A program made the translations under genes and the position numbers. From an uncultured Methanoregula sp. (lineage in GTDB: Archaea > Halobacteriota > Methanomicrobia > Methanomicrobiales > Methanospirillaceae), in NCBI GenBank assembly GCA_964448885.1, contig CAYVAQ010000013.1:239-64238 (forward strand): a stretch of DNA of 64,000 bases, in the 5' to 3' direction. The notes beneath the pieces are model-generated. The model saw nothing but the letters and a program-made list of their open reading frames with translations, was not told where the DNA came from and searched no databases. Positions 1 to 9,350 of the stretch are shown one piece after another. How positions within the stretch are numbered: position 1 is the first letter of the stretch; each line of letters opens with the position of its first letter.

Positions 1-1496
1 ACGGTGAGGGGCACAAGGCCGGAAGTAGTATTGGCAGTGAACGCGGTGATCAAGGTGAGTTTTTCTGCCTGGATGTAATCGGTCCGGACGATACCGTCCG
101 ACCCGCTGGCATTGGTCACGTTCAAGGAGACCGTGAAGTTCCCGGTGGACACGTACGTGTGCACCGGGTTCCGGAGCGTGGAGAAGCTCCCGTCACCGAA
201 CGACCAGTTCCACGCGATCGGATCCGCCTGTGACAAGTCAGTGAAGGTGACCTCCAGCGGGGCAGGTCCTGAACGGGGCGTTGCCGTGAAGTCTGGAACC
301 GGCAGTGGCATGGCCCCGGTCACCCGGACCGGTACCGGGACTTCCACCCCGTCCACCGTTGCGGTAATGATGCTCGTCCCGGTCCCGGCGGATGTGAACG
401 TAGTCCGGTTCATCCCCATGGTGAGGTTGCCTTCCGCAGGCAGTATGCTGCCGGTCCCGTCGGTGACGCCGAAGGTGACCGGTATTCCGTCCGGAACATG
501 GCCGATCGTGCTGGTGTCCCCGTCGGTTGAATTGAATGTCAGGTTCGCCTTCACTGACGAGGTGCTGCCGTCCAGGATCAGTGAAGGTGTGGCTGTTCCC
601 CCGAGGATCAGCCACGGGACAACGTTGACGCTCCCGCCGGTCTGCCCTGAGGGGTCGCTGTTGGTCCCCCACCAGTTGTCCTGCGCATCTACGGTGGTAA
701 ATTCGCTGTAGATGTCATAGCCGCCAAATGTTGCCGTATTGCCGGAGAACCGGGAGAAATGGATCGAGCCCGGCGTTGAAAGATAGTACAGGCCGCCTCC
801 CGCATTGGTTGCCGAACACTGGGAGAATGTTGAAGAGGTTATGGTGGACGACCCCGTGTTGTCCACCGCCCCGCCATTGGTTGCCGAACAGCTGGTGAAG
901 ACCGATGATGAGACGATGAGGTCTCCGCTCGAGAAGATTGCCCCGCCGCCATCTCCCGAGCAGTGGGAGAACTCCGATGAATCGATCGTGACGGTAGCGC
1001 CCGAGGATGAGATTGCCCCGCCGTTACTCCCCGCCGAACAGTTGACGAACCGTGTTGCGTTCACGGTCAGCGCCCCGGTGGTGGTCATGACTGCGCCTCC
1101 CTCGTCCGGAGTGTACCCGTCCCGGATGGTCAGGCCGGCAAGCGTGAGAGAATTCCCGAACTCACTTATGAAGACCCGGTCTGCGAGCGTGGCATCGATG
1201 ATGGTATTGGCCGCATTACCGCCGTAACTGGTGTTGGCACGGACGATAATGTTCTTTGATATCGCGATGTTGTTCTCCGGATACGTCCCCGGGTTGAGGA
1301 TGATGGTGTCATCGGGAGCGGCTGCGTTTATCGCATCCGCGATTGACTGGCCGGGATCGATGGTGATCTCCGCAGCAGAGACCGGTGAGAAAAAAATCAT
1401 CCAAAAAAGCAGGGCGATACAGACAAGGGTGCCAGAGGGGGTCCGGAACGAGCCGGAACCCCGCTCATGGGGTATGACTACAGGATGACATAACAT
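1..1496 (-). CDS. Secreted beta-helix (Pmp-like GGA[I/V] repeats) + Ig-like + PKD surface protein; 3' end runs off the window
   Basis: Not in the ORF track because there is no stop inside the window. Manual translation from the ATG at 1496 gives MLCHPVVIPHERGSGSFRTPSGTLVCIALLFWMIFFSPVSAAEITIDPGQSIADAINAAAPDDTIILNPGTY..., with repeated GGA(V/I) and FxxCS motifs, then a PKD motif (PLEVTFTDLSQADPIAWNWSFGDGSFS...NPVHTY). Confidence 0.85.
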   Translation of the reverse strand, partial: MLCHPVVIPHERGSGSFRTPSGTLVCIALLFWMIFFSPVSAAEITIDPGQSIADAINAAAPDDTIILNPGTYPENNIAISKNIIVRANTSYGGNAANTIIDATLADRVFISEFGNSLTLAGLTIRDGYTPDEGGAVMTTTGALTVNATRFVNCSAGSNGGAISSSGATVTIDSSEFSHCSGDGGGAIFSSGDLIVSSSVFTSCSATNGGAVDNTGSSTITSSTFSQCSATNAGGGLYYLSTPGSIHFSRFSGNTATFGGYDIYSEFTTVDAQDNWWGTNSDPSGQTGGSVNVVPWLILGGTATPSLILDGSTSSVKANLTFNSTDGDTSTIGHVPDGIPVTFGVTDGTGSILPAEGNLTMGMNRTTFTSAGTGTSIITATVDGVEVPVPVRVTGAMPLPVPDFTATPRSGPAPLEVTFTDLSQADPIAWNWSFGDGSFSTLRNPVHTYVSTGNFTVSLNVTNASGSDGIVRTDYIQAEKLTLITAFTANTTSGLVPLT

Positions 1497-1824
1497 GAGG
1501 TACACCAAGAGGTAAGAAGTCTCATACTGTGTGGTATCTCATAAAGTTATCGGATTTTCCGGCCGGTATCCGGTTGAATCCTCTTCGCATATGAACGAAG
1601 GTAACGTTCGTGCCATTATCAGGGTCTGCAGAGATTTTCCGTGAAATTCACGGGCAGATTGGGTAAAAAATCCCGCAGTACTGATCCAGGATCCAAAAGG
1701 GGGATCCATATGCCGCGAGCGGTATGTCTGCCTGAACGGTACCCCTGCCGGGATATACCGGAGCGGGTGCCGGGTGAGGAGCGGACCGTATTACCCAGAG
1801 ATAGTCGGGGAGAAACGGCCCGCC

Positions 1825-4281
1825 TTACTCCTCGTCCTCATCAAACAGCCCGGGGTTCTGCCGGCGGACCCACCACCGGCGGACCAGAAAACCGCTGCTT
1901 GCAAGGAGGACGATGGTTGCCGCGAGGAGCCCCATGGTTGAGAAGTGGAACCAGCCCGGGAGCGAACTGGTGGTCTGCGTTTGGACCGGCTGCACGGTTC
2001 CAGGCTGTCCGCCGGTTGTAGCGGGCTTTGCTGCCGGTGTGGCCGGGGCCTGCTGTCCCATGCCGAATGTCTGTACCGCGGTGGGTTCGGGGGGTGTGCC
2101 CCGCTCCACCGCGATGATGGCAAACATCGAGAAGGACGGGGTTGCTGCAGTGAACGTGACCATGCCGTTTGCCGTGGACACCACGGTTGTCGGGAGGGAA
2201 TGCCATGCGCCGCCCGTGTAGTGCTGCATCACGATGTTCTGCGGGGTGAGGCCGTTCTCTTCGAGCCACGAGACCGGGACATTGAAGGTGATGGTCGCTC
2301 CCGTGATCGTGTCATAGGAGGCCGGTGTCAGGTCGATGTACTGGTACGCGATGCCCGGCGCCGGGTCAACGCCCGGGGGCGGGCCGGGCTGGACCGTGCC
2401 GGTGACCACGATGTTATTGACGCCATACCCGGTGACCACCACGTGGGTGACGGCCGAGTTCCCGCCAACGTTCACCTCGTTGGTCACGGTCGGAGGCGCT
2501 GCCGATGGCTGGGGCACTGCCGGGGGCGCAGCAGGTTCGCCGGGGTCCCCGCCATCCGGTGGCTGGGTCGGCTCGGTCGTGGGAACCATGGTCTCCGGGA
2601 CGGTCGTTGTGGTCACCGGTGCAACGGTCTCCTTCACCTTTACATTCACCCCGGCAACCGGATCAAAGACCACCGCGATGTTCCCCACGTACTGCCCACT
2701 CGTCACCACGGCGCCGTTGATCATCAGCGTGGGAGTGCCGGAGGCGGTCCCCGTCCAGGAGATGACATTTATGTCCAGCGGTCCGGTGGTCGATGCCGGG
2801 ATCTCGACATTGATGGTCTTGCTGCCAAGGTTCGGGTTGGACGGCAGCGCCATCTGCCCGTAGGTGGACGGGCTCGTAAAGCCGATGATCCAGATGTCCG
2901 AGACCGGTACTGCGGTGCCGAAGACCAGTTTCCCGTCATGGGCGGATGTGTCACCGGACCAGGAAAGCGTCGAGCTGGTCAGGGTTGTTGTGCCGGTGCC
3001 GTACTGCGTCACGCTACCGGTGCCGCTGATCGCGTTGCCAACCGTGAGGCTGCCCGACCGGTCGAAGTCCAGTGCCCCGTTATCAAGGATGAGCCCGGTC
3101 CCGGGCTTTCCGGTCGCGCTGCTGGCATACCCGATCCGGAGTCCGGCGCCGGAGTCGATGGTTGTTATCCCCGAGTAGTCGTTGTTGTCGCTGGTCAGCT
3201 TGAACTCGCCGCTGTTCACGTTCACGGTCCCGCTGCCGGTGATCCGGTTGTCGGCAATGTAATAGTCCGAACGCTTGAACGCAAGGTTCGCGTTGTTCAC
3301 GATATCGCCGGTACCGGGCGAACCGCTCGTGCCGCCGTTCCCGAGCTGCAGGGTGCCGCTGCTGATCGTGGTCTGGCCGGTGTAGCAGTTATCCTCCGTA
3401 AGTGCAGTTGTACCCGAACCGATCTGCCGGACCTCCCCGCTGCCGCAGATGTAGTTCGGGATCACCAGCGTATCCGAATGGGAGAAGGAGAGGATGCCAT
3501 TGTTGCTGAACATCCCGGTGCCGGGGAACCCGGTCGTTCCGCCGCTGCCGATCTGCAGGGTCCCGGCGTTGATAATTGTGGCGCCGGAATATTCGTTTGA
3601 ACCGGTGAGGATGAGCGTGCCCGCGCCGCTCTTGGTGACCGTCCCGGAGCCGGCGATGTCGTTCGGGACGGTGATGCTGTCTGACCGGAAGAAGGTGAGG
3701 TTGCCGTTGTTGTTTACTGCGCCGGTGCCGAGCGTGCCGGCCGTACCGCCGCTGCCGACCTGCAGGATGTTGCCGCTGCTGATATCCGTTGTGCCGGTGT
3801 AGGTGTTTGCACCGGTTAGGACCAGTATGCCATCACCACATTTTTTTGCAACGGAAATGCTGCCTTCGATAGAGCCGGCATAGGTGCTGTCAGCCCCTGG
3901 CTGGAAACTGAGGCCCATGCTATTTGCCGAGTAGATGAGGTGAGTGCCGCTGACAGAACCTGTTGATTGCAGGGCAAGGCTGGCGCCACCCGCCCCAGCG
4001 TAGCTTATCGGGCCGTCGATGAGAATGTCCCCGGCCTGCGATCCGCCCGATCCGCTGGATATCGTGACCTGGCTGTAGGAAGGAAGATCTGTCAGGATGT
4101 CGTTAATAAACATTATTGCATCATCAGCCGTTGCCGTGCAGGTAAGGATGGGACTGCCACTACAGCTCATCCCGCTCGTTCCCACGGGAGCGATCTCCAC
4201 GTTATGCGATGTGCCTGTCGCACCGGCACTGCCGGCAAGGAGCAGGAAGAGGACAACGATCAGCCCGTATGTTGCTCTCAT
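1825..4281 (-). CDS. Surface protein with autotransporter-associated beta-strand (PATR) repeats, PGF-pre-PGF domain and C-terminal TM anchor
   Basis: Signal peptide, then 4-5 copies of G.GTL.LTG.N.Y(T/S)G.T.I..GTLQ.G. A Thr/Pro linker leads to a PGF-pre-PGF-like domain (YQYIDLTP...ATITFNVPVSWLEENGL...TFTAATPSFSMFAI), a TM helix and an RRWWVRRQNPGLF tail. Confidence 0.85.
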   Translation of the reverse strand: MRATYGLIVVLFLLLAGSAGATGTSHNVEIAPVGTSGMSCSGSPILTCTATADDAIMFINDILTDLPSYSQVTISSGSGGSQAGDILIDGPISYAGAGGASLALQSTGSVSGTHLIYSANSMGLSFQPGADSTYAGSIEGSISVAKKCGDGILVLTGANTYTGTTDISSGNILQVGSGGTAGTLGTGAVNNNGNLTFFRSDSITVPNDIAGSGTVTKSGAGTLILTGSNEYSGATIINAGTLQIGSGGTTGFPGTGMFSNNGILSFSHSDTLVIPNYICGSGEVRQIGSGTTALTEDNCYTGQTTISSGTLQLGNGGTSGSPGTGDIVNNANLAFKRSDYYIADNRITGSGTVNVNSGEFKLTSDNNDYSGITTIDSGAGLRIGYASSATGKPGTGLILDNGALDFDRSGSLTVGNAISGTGSVTQYGTGTTTLTSSTLSWSGDTSAHDGKLVFGTAVPVSDIWIIGFTSPSTYGQMALPSNPNLGSKTINVEIPASTTGPLDINVISWTGTASGTPTLMINGAVVTSGQYVGNIAVVFDPVAGVNVKVKETVAPVTTTTVPETMVPTTEPTQPPDGGDPGEPAAPPAVPQPSAAPPTVTNEVNVGGNSAVTHVVVTGYGVNNIVVTGTVQPGPPPGVDPAPGIAYQYIDLTPASYDTITGATITFNVPVSWLEENGLTPQNIVMQHYTGGAWHSLPTTVVSTANGMVTFTAATPSFSMFAIIAVERGTPPEPTAVQTFGMGQQAPATPAAKPATTGGQPGTVQPVQTQTTSSLPGWFHFSTMGLLAATIVLLASSGFLVRRWWVRRQNPGLFDEDEE

Positions 4282-4785
4282 GGCAGGTCACCCGTGGCAA
4301 AAGGCGAATGGAGACTCCGCGAACTGCTGCTGCCCTGCCGGAACCTCCGGTACTGCACAACACGCAGATCGAAAATCCGTGGTACCGGACGATCCATGAA
4401 CAATCTTGAGGAGAATGTAATTTTTGCTATACGATAAATATATTGGATACAATCCCTGATTTGCGCGCCCCGTTTCTCAAATCTCGGCAGGGATCAACTT
4501 ATTTAGGGATATAAGGGTTCGCCCGGTTTTCGAAAACGTGGTCATTGTTTTTACCGGATTTCCGGGAAAATTGACCAAATCCGGGCTGAATGCAGCGATA
4601 CCGGCAAGAAAAAGTCCATGCAGCGAACTCCCGGGGAACCGGGCCGGTTCTCCGGCTGCTGGCGGACCGCTGTGAGGGCCGGAGCGCACCGGGCAGTTCA
4701 ACGGTGACCGCCCGCAAACGAGTCCCATGCTCCATTGCGCGATACAGGGTAATGGAGACGGATGCGAAAAAGAAAAAAGAAGAGA

Positions 4786-4840
4786 TTCGAAGAATTGCTT
4801 CGCAATTCTTCTCGTCCTCGAGGTTCAAACTGAACCTCTC
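4786..4840 (-). repeat. REP-like double hairpin (GAGG..CCTC hairpin followed by GAGAAGAATTGCGAAGCAATTCTTCGAA)
   Basis: Perfect stems gaagaattgc-ttc-gcaattcttc and gaggttca-aac-tgaacctc. Homologous to 12324-12372. Followed on the minus strand by a T-rich tract (about 4767-4783). Confidence 0.75.
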
Positions 4841-4843
4841 GGA

Positions 4844-5044
4844 TTATTCGATCATGATCGCCGGCTTGAACGGCAGCGCAGTCGCCGCCTTGGCGTGACC
4901 GGCACCTTCCGCATCGGCGATATGGATCGCGACACCGAACTCCTGCTCCAGGAATCCCTTTGCCGCCATAAAGACCGCCTTCTCATTGATCGGCTCCTTG
5001 ACGAGGGGCTCGACGACATAGGGCGGGAGGCGGTGGATGAGAGT
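4844..5044 (-). pseudogene. leuS: Orphan second copy of the leuS 3' end (last 66 codons + TAA)
   Basis: Direct repeat of 6553-6753 at an offset of 1709 bp. It translates to TLIHRLPPYVVEPLVKEPINEKAVFMAAKGFLEQEFGVAIHIADAEGAGHAKAATALPFKPAIMIE* and has no start codon of its own. Confidence 0.92.
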
Positions 5045-5062
5045 ACCGGTGGTTACGAATAG

Positions 5063-6433
5063 CTATTGATTTCCGCGAGAAGATATTTTTAGAGTCACCG
5101 TATAATTTCCTGGGTTCACAAAGGTATGAACCGGATTTCGTAGTAATGAACCCGTACTACTCCATGTGCGATTATCCTCTCCGAAATCCCATTCCCATCG
5201 GGCAGGAGAACCGGTTGATAAATCAGTAAATGCAACGGTAAGTGGTGCAGCACCGTACGTGATATTGGTGTTAAAATCAGGTACAAGAGCTTCCCCTTCA
5301 GTCCTCATAACTGATGTGAGACTATTTGATGATCTGGTTGGTATCAACCACCATATGTCGTTCATGAAAACGTGACTCTCCCCTCCAATTAGAACAATGC
5401 TTCCATCTGGCATAGCTAAGCTGGTGAACAAGTCCCGTGGTGACCATCCAGGACCAGTGTTTACGTTAGTCCATGTTTTACCATAATCAATCGATCTCCA
5501 GGTGTCATTTAAAAAAATGCCATAAGTGTTACCGCCAAATAGTATGATACTCCCATCCGACAGCACGACCGCGCCCTGATTGGCTCTTGCCGACCAGTCA
5601 GCACTTCGGGTTACTTCCGTCCAAGTCTCACCATGATCTGTTGATCGCCACACATCATTCAAATCACCAATAGTTTTGGCACCCCCCATGAGGATAATAC
5701 TACCATCAGGCATTGTGATGCTGCTGTGACCATATCTTTCCAACCACCCGGCACTCGTATTCATCCGTATCCACGTTACACCGTTATCCGATGACCTCCA
5801 CACGTCATTGAAGAGTTTCATAGGGTCAGATCTTAAACCCCCCATTAACACGATACTCCCATCCTGCAGCACTACGCTTGTGTGATAGGCTCTGCCCTCC
5901 CACCCGGCACTCGAGTTCATCTCCGTCCATGTCGAACCGCAGTCTGCTGAACGCCAGACATCATTTCTGTAACTATTCCCTGACCAACCCCCCATAAGGA
6001 CGATACTGCCATCCGGCATCGCAACGCTGGATTGACCTACCCTTTCTCCCCACCCGGCATCCGAGTTTATCTCAGTCCAATTGATACCGTAATTGGATGA
6101 ATGCCATGTCTCACTCGTTTTACCACCTCCCATACGTACAATACTGCCGTCCTGCATCACGACACTGGAGGCAATCCCCCGAGGAATTACGCCACCGTCC
6201 GCATTAACTATCGTCCAGTATCCACTAAAGGAATCATTTGTTGATTTGTTAGTATACGAAAAATTGGAAGATACATTATCCGGCTTTTCGTCGTAAATTA
6301 ATGTTGCTGATGTTGTAACGCAAATGATAAAAATTAAAAAAGGGAGCGGAAAGATCAAGAATCGGAACCGGTTATTATTGGAATGATTTGGAATATAGGA
6401 TACATAAAACATGTAAAACACCCTATCTTTCAA
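5063..6433 (-). CDS. Secreted kelch/Asp-box (BNR)-type beta-propeller + C-terminal PKD domain; AT-rich
   Basis: About 6 repeats of SV.MPDGSIVLMGG....NDVWRSxDxGxTW, then a PKD (APLTVAFTDLSTGSPARWEWDFGED...NPVHTF). Hydrophobic N-terminal segment. The start is uncertain (track start at 6433, or ATG near 6412). Confidence 0.85.
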   Translation of the reverse strand: MKDRVFYMFYVSYIPNHSNNNRFRFLIFPLPFLIFIICVTTSATLIYDEKPDNVSSNFSYTNKSTNDSFSGYWTIVNADGGVIPRGIASSVVMQDGSIVRMGGGKTSETWHSSNYGINWTEINSDAGWGERVGQSSVAMPDGSIVLMGGWSGNSYRNDVWRSADCGSTWTEMNSSAGWEGRAYHTSVVLQDGSIVLMGGLRSDPMKLFNDVWRSSDNGVTWIRMNTSAGWLERYGHSSITMPDGSIILMGGAKTIGDLNDVWRSTDHGETWTEVTRSADWSARANQGAVVLSDGSIILFGGNTYGIFLNDTWRSIDYGKTWTNVNTGPGWSPRDLFTSLAMPDGSIVLIGGESHVFMNDIWWLIPTRSSNSLTSVMRTEGEALVPDFNTNITYGAAPLTVAFTDLSTGSPARWEWDFGEDNRTWSSTGSLLRNPVHTFVNPGNYTVTLKISSRGNQ

Positions 6434-6552
6434 TATGCATTTTTTAATTTTAATTATTTTAAAATTTATGCGAATTTAGATTATCGAGTGATCATCAAGC
6501 AATCTGAAGATGTCATTTTTTACATATTTTTGGATTTTGAAAAAAGAGAGAA

Positions 6553-9339
6553 TTATTCGATCATGATCGCCGGCTTGAACGGCAGTGCGGTCGCCGCTTT
6601 GGCGTGACCGGCACCTTCCGCATCGGCGATGTGGATCGCGACACCGAATTCCTGCTCCAGGAATCCTTTTGCGGCCGTAAAGACCGCCTTCTCGTCGATT
6701 GGTTCGCGGACGAGCGGTTCGACCACGTACGGGGGCAGGCGGTGGATGAGGGTCGTGATCTGCTTTGCCGCATCGGTTGCCGCCTTGCCGCGTTTGCGCA
6801 TGCCCTCGTCCTTCATGATCTCCTTCACGACCGTGTTCTTGTCGGCTGCCTTGGCGATCGTATTAAAGATCTGCTGCTTCCAGGCCGGTGCAAGGGCGAT
6901 GGTGATCGCCTTCGGTTTCATCTGGATGAGTTTTACGATCGACTCGATGTCCTCGACGGTCCTCGCGAGGAGTTCCTCGGCGAGTTCGGCCTTCCCGTCC
7001 ACGAGTTTCTCATTGGCAACCGGCCACGCCGCGAACGAGGCGAGGCCTTCGCCGCCAAGCTCCTTCCAGAGGTGCTCCGTGGTGAAGGGGATGAACGGGG
7101 CAAGGAGGCGTGTCCAGACCGAACAGAGTTCGTGGAGCTCCCTGCTGCCGGTCGCGTCCTTCCCGAGCCGGCGGCGGTACCACTTCAGGTCGCTCTCGAT
7201 CCCGAAGTACGACTCCTGGAGTGCCTGCCGGGTCTGGAACTTGTCCAGGGCATCGGTGGTCCGGGCAATGTGGGCCTGCAGCCGGCTCATGAGCCAGCGG
7301 TCGATCTCGTGCGGCTCACCATTGGCATCCTTGAGCTCCATGACCGTGTTGTGGAACCGCTCGATCTGCTTCTTCGTGGAGAGCACGAGCTCGTTCCTCC
7401 AGTCAAAGTCCTGCCACGGTTCGGCACTGCCCATCAAAAACATCCGGACCGTGTCGCCGCCGAACTCTTTCACGGCGTCTTCTAAGAGGAAGACGTTGCC
7501 TTTCGAGCTCGACATCTTGGCGCCGTTCAGGAGGCCCATGCCGAAGACGACCATGCCCTTGGGGAGCAGTTCCTTCTTGCCGGCAAAGACGGTGGTGTGG
7601 TGGAAGACCTGGAAGGTCAGGTGGTTACTGATGAGGTCCTTGGCGCTGAACCGGAAGTCGTACGGGTACCAGTACAGGAACTCCTTTCGCATTGCATCGA
7701 GTTTCTTCTTCTCGGGAAGGTCGTCGGATTTCTTCCCGAGGAAGATGTAATCGAAGACCTCGGGGGTGAGGAGCTTCGAGTCAATGTCACGGATCAGGTG
7801 GGCGATGGTGTAGTACGCCATGTACACGGTCGAGTCGGAGAGCGGCTCGATGAGCTGCGTGGTGTCCCACGGGAACCGGGTACCGAGCCCCACCTTCCGC
7901 GTGCATGCCCAGTCCTTGAGCCACCAGATCGTCCGGTCGAACTCGACGCGGACCTCGGGGGGCACGAGGGCCATGTCGTTGATGTGGTCCTGGACTTCCT
8001 GTTTCCAGACCTGGTCGCTGTATTTTAAGAACCACTGGTCATGGAGGATCTTGACCTTGACACGATTGCCGCACCGGCAGACCACGGGGCGCATGTCGAA
8101 CTCGTACATGACGACCGATCCGTACTTCTCGATCATCTGCTGGGCGACCTCGTCGCGGGCGAACTTGACCGGCTTGCCGCCGTACTGGTCGAAGAGTTTC
8201 CCCTTACTGAACTCGGCGGCATAGATCTCCTGCGTGAGAGCGTCCATCCGCGGGTCCATCTGGTCCCTGATGCCGGCCTTCTCGACAGCCTGCATGGCCG
8301 GGATCTCGCCATAGCCTTCGACCTTGATGAGCGGGATGGGTTTGATCTCTTTGTATTTCCCTTTCTGCTGGAGGTCACGGAGCGCGATGTAGTCGAACGG
8401 TGCATGGGCGGGGACGCTCATGACCATGCCGCTTGCCATGTCGGGGTCCACGAACTCAGCCGGGAGGATCGGGACGTCGCCGCAGAGCGGGTGGCTGACC
8501 TTCTTATCAACAAGGTCCGTGCCCTTGATCTCGCCCGTGATCTCGACCGTGTGGTCCTGCAGGGAGAGTTTCTCCGCTGCTTCGCGGCTCACGATCCAGA
8601 GCTTCCCGTCAACCGTTGCCTTGACGTAGGTGACACTTGGGTTCGCCCAGAGGTTCGTCACCCCATAGATGGTCTCGGGCCGGAGCGTTGCGCACGGGAT
8701 ATGTGCATCGCCGAACCGGAACATCAGGAGCGTGAACTTGATCACTTCTGCCTTGTCGCCCTCCAGGAGGTCGTGGTCGCCGACCGGGTTCTCGTCAACG
8801 GTACAGTACCGGACCGGGTGGGCGCCCTTCTTGACATGTCCTGCAGCATAGAGTTTGCTCCACTGCCACTCGATGAACTTTGAATAGGTCGGGTCGACCG
8901 TGATGAACCGCCGGCGCCAGTCAATGGAGAGCCCGCAGGCAGTCATGACGCGCTGGTATTCATCGGCAAAGTGTTTCACGATGACGAGCGGGTCGACAAA
9001 GCTGTCGAGCACGTTCTGCGGCACGCGGTACAGGTCGCGGTAGAGCCGGATGGTCTTCTCGTCCCGGTTGGCGATCCGCTTCGAGATACCGACCACCGGG
9101 GCACCCGTGACATGGAAGCCCATCGGGAAGAGGACCTGCCTGCCCTTCATCCGCTGGAACCGTGCCACCACGTCCGGCACGATGTACGTCCTGCCGTGCC
9201 CGACATGCATGGCACCGCTCGGGTACGGGAACGCGACGTTCAGGTAGTACTTCTCTTTTGTTCCGGGATCGGACTCAAATGCGTGGGTCCATTTCTCGTG
9301 CGCCTCTTCTTCAAATTGTGCAAGGTTGAATTCGCTCAT
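6553..9339 (-). CDS. leuS: Leucine--tRNA ligase (archaeal type)
   Basis: FPYPSGAMHVGH (HIGH-like), KMSSSKGN (KMSKS-like), ATLRPET editing-domain motif, SVPAHAPFD; 928 aa. Confidence 0.97.
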   Translation of the reverse strand: MSEFNLAQFEEEAHEKWTHAFESDPGTKEKYYLNVAFPYPSGAMHVGHGRTYIVPDVVARFQRMKGRQVLFPMGFHVTGAPVVGISKRIANRDEKTIRLYRDLYRVPQNVLDSFVDPLVIVKHFADEYQRVMTACGLSIDWRRRFITVDPTYSKFIEWQWSKLYAAGHVKKGAHPVRYCTVDENPVGDHDLLEGDKAEVIKFTLLMFRFGDAHIPCATLRPETIYGVTNLWANPSVTYVKATVDGKLWIVSREAAEKLSLQDHTVEITGEIKGTDLVDKKVSHPLCGDVPILPAEFVDPDMASGMVMSVPAHAPFDYIALRDLQQKGKYKEIKPIPLIKVEGYGEIPAMQAVEKAGIRDQMDPRMDALTQEIYAAEFSKGKLFDQYGGKPVKFARDEVAQQMIEKYGSVVMYEFDMRPVVCRCGNRVKVKILHDQWFLKYSDQVWKQEVQDHINDMALVPPEVRVEFDRTIWWLKDWACTRKVGLGTRFPWDTTQLIEPLSDSTVYMAYYTIAHLIRDIDSKLLTPEVFDYIFLGKKSDDLPEKKKLDAMRKEFLYWYPYDFRFSAKDLISNHLTFQVFHHTTVFAGKKELLPKGMVVFGMGLLNGAKMSSSKGNVFLLEDAVKEFGGDTVRMFLMGSAEPWQDFDWRNELVLSTKKQIERFHNTVMELKDANGEPHEIDRWLMSRLQAHIARTTDALDKFQTRQALQESYFGIESDLKWYRRRLGKDATGSRELHELCSVWTRLLAPFIPFTTEHLWKELGGEGLASFAAWPVANEKLVDGKAELAEELLARTVEDIESIVKLIQMKPKAITIALAPAWKQQIFNTIAKAADKNTVVKEIMKDEGMRKRGKAATDAAKQITTLIHRLPPYVVEPLVREPIDEKAVFTAAKGFLEQEFGVAIHIADAEGAGHAKAATALPFKPAIMIE

Positions 9340-9350
9340 GGCATACCCCC

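Noticed and set aside
4844-6753. Autonomous integrative element or prophage at leuS
   Set aside because: There is no integrase, transposase or viral gene between or beside the repeats. It is reported only as a 3'-end replacement with cargo.
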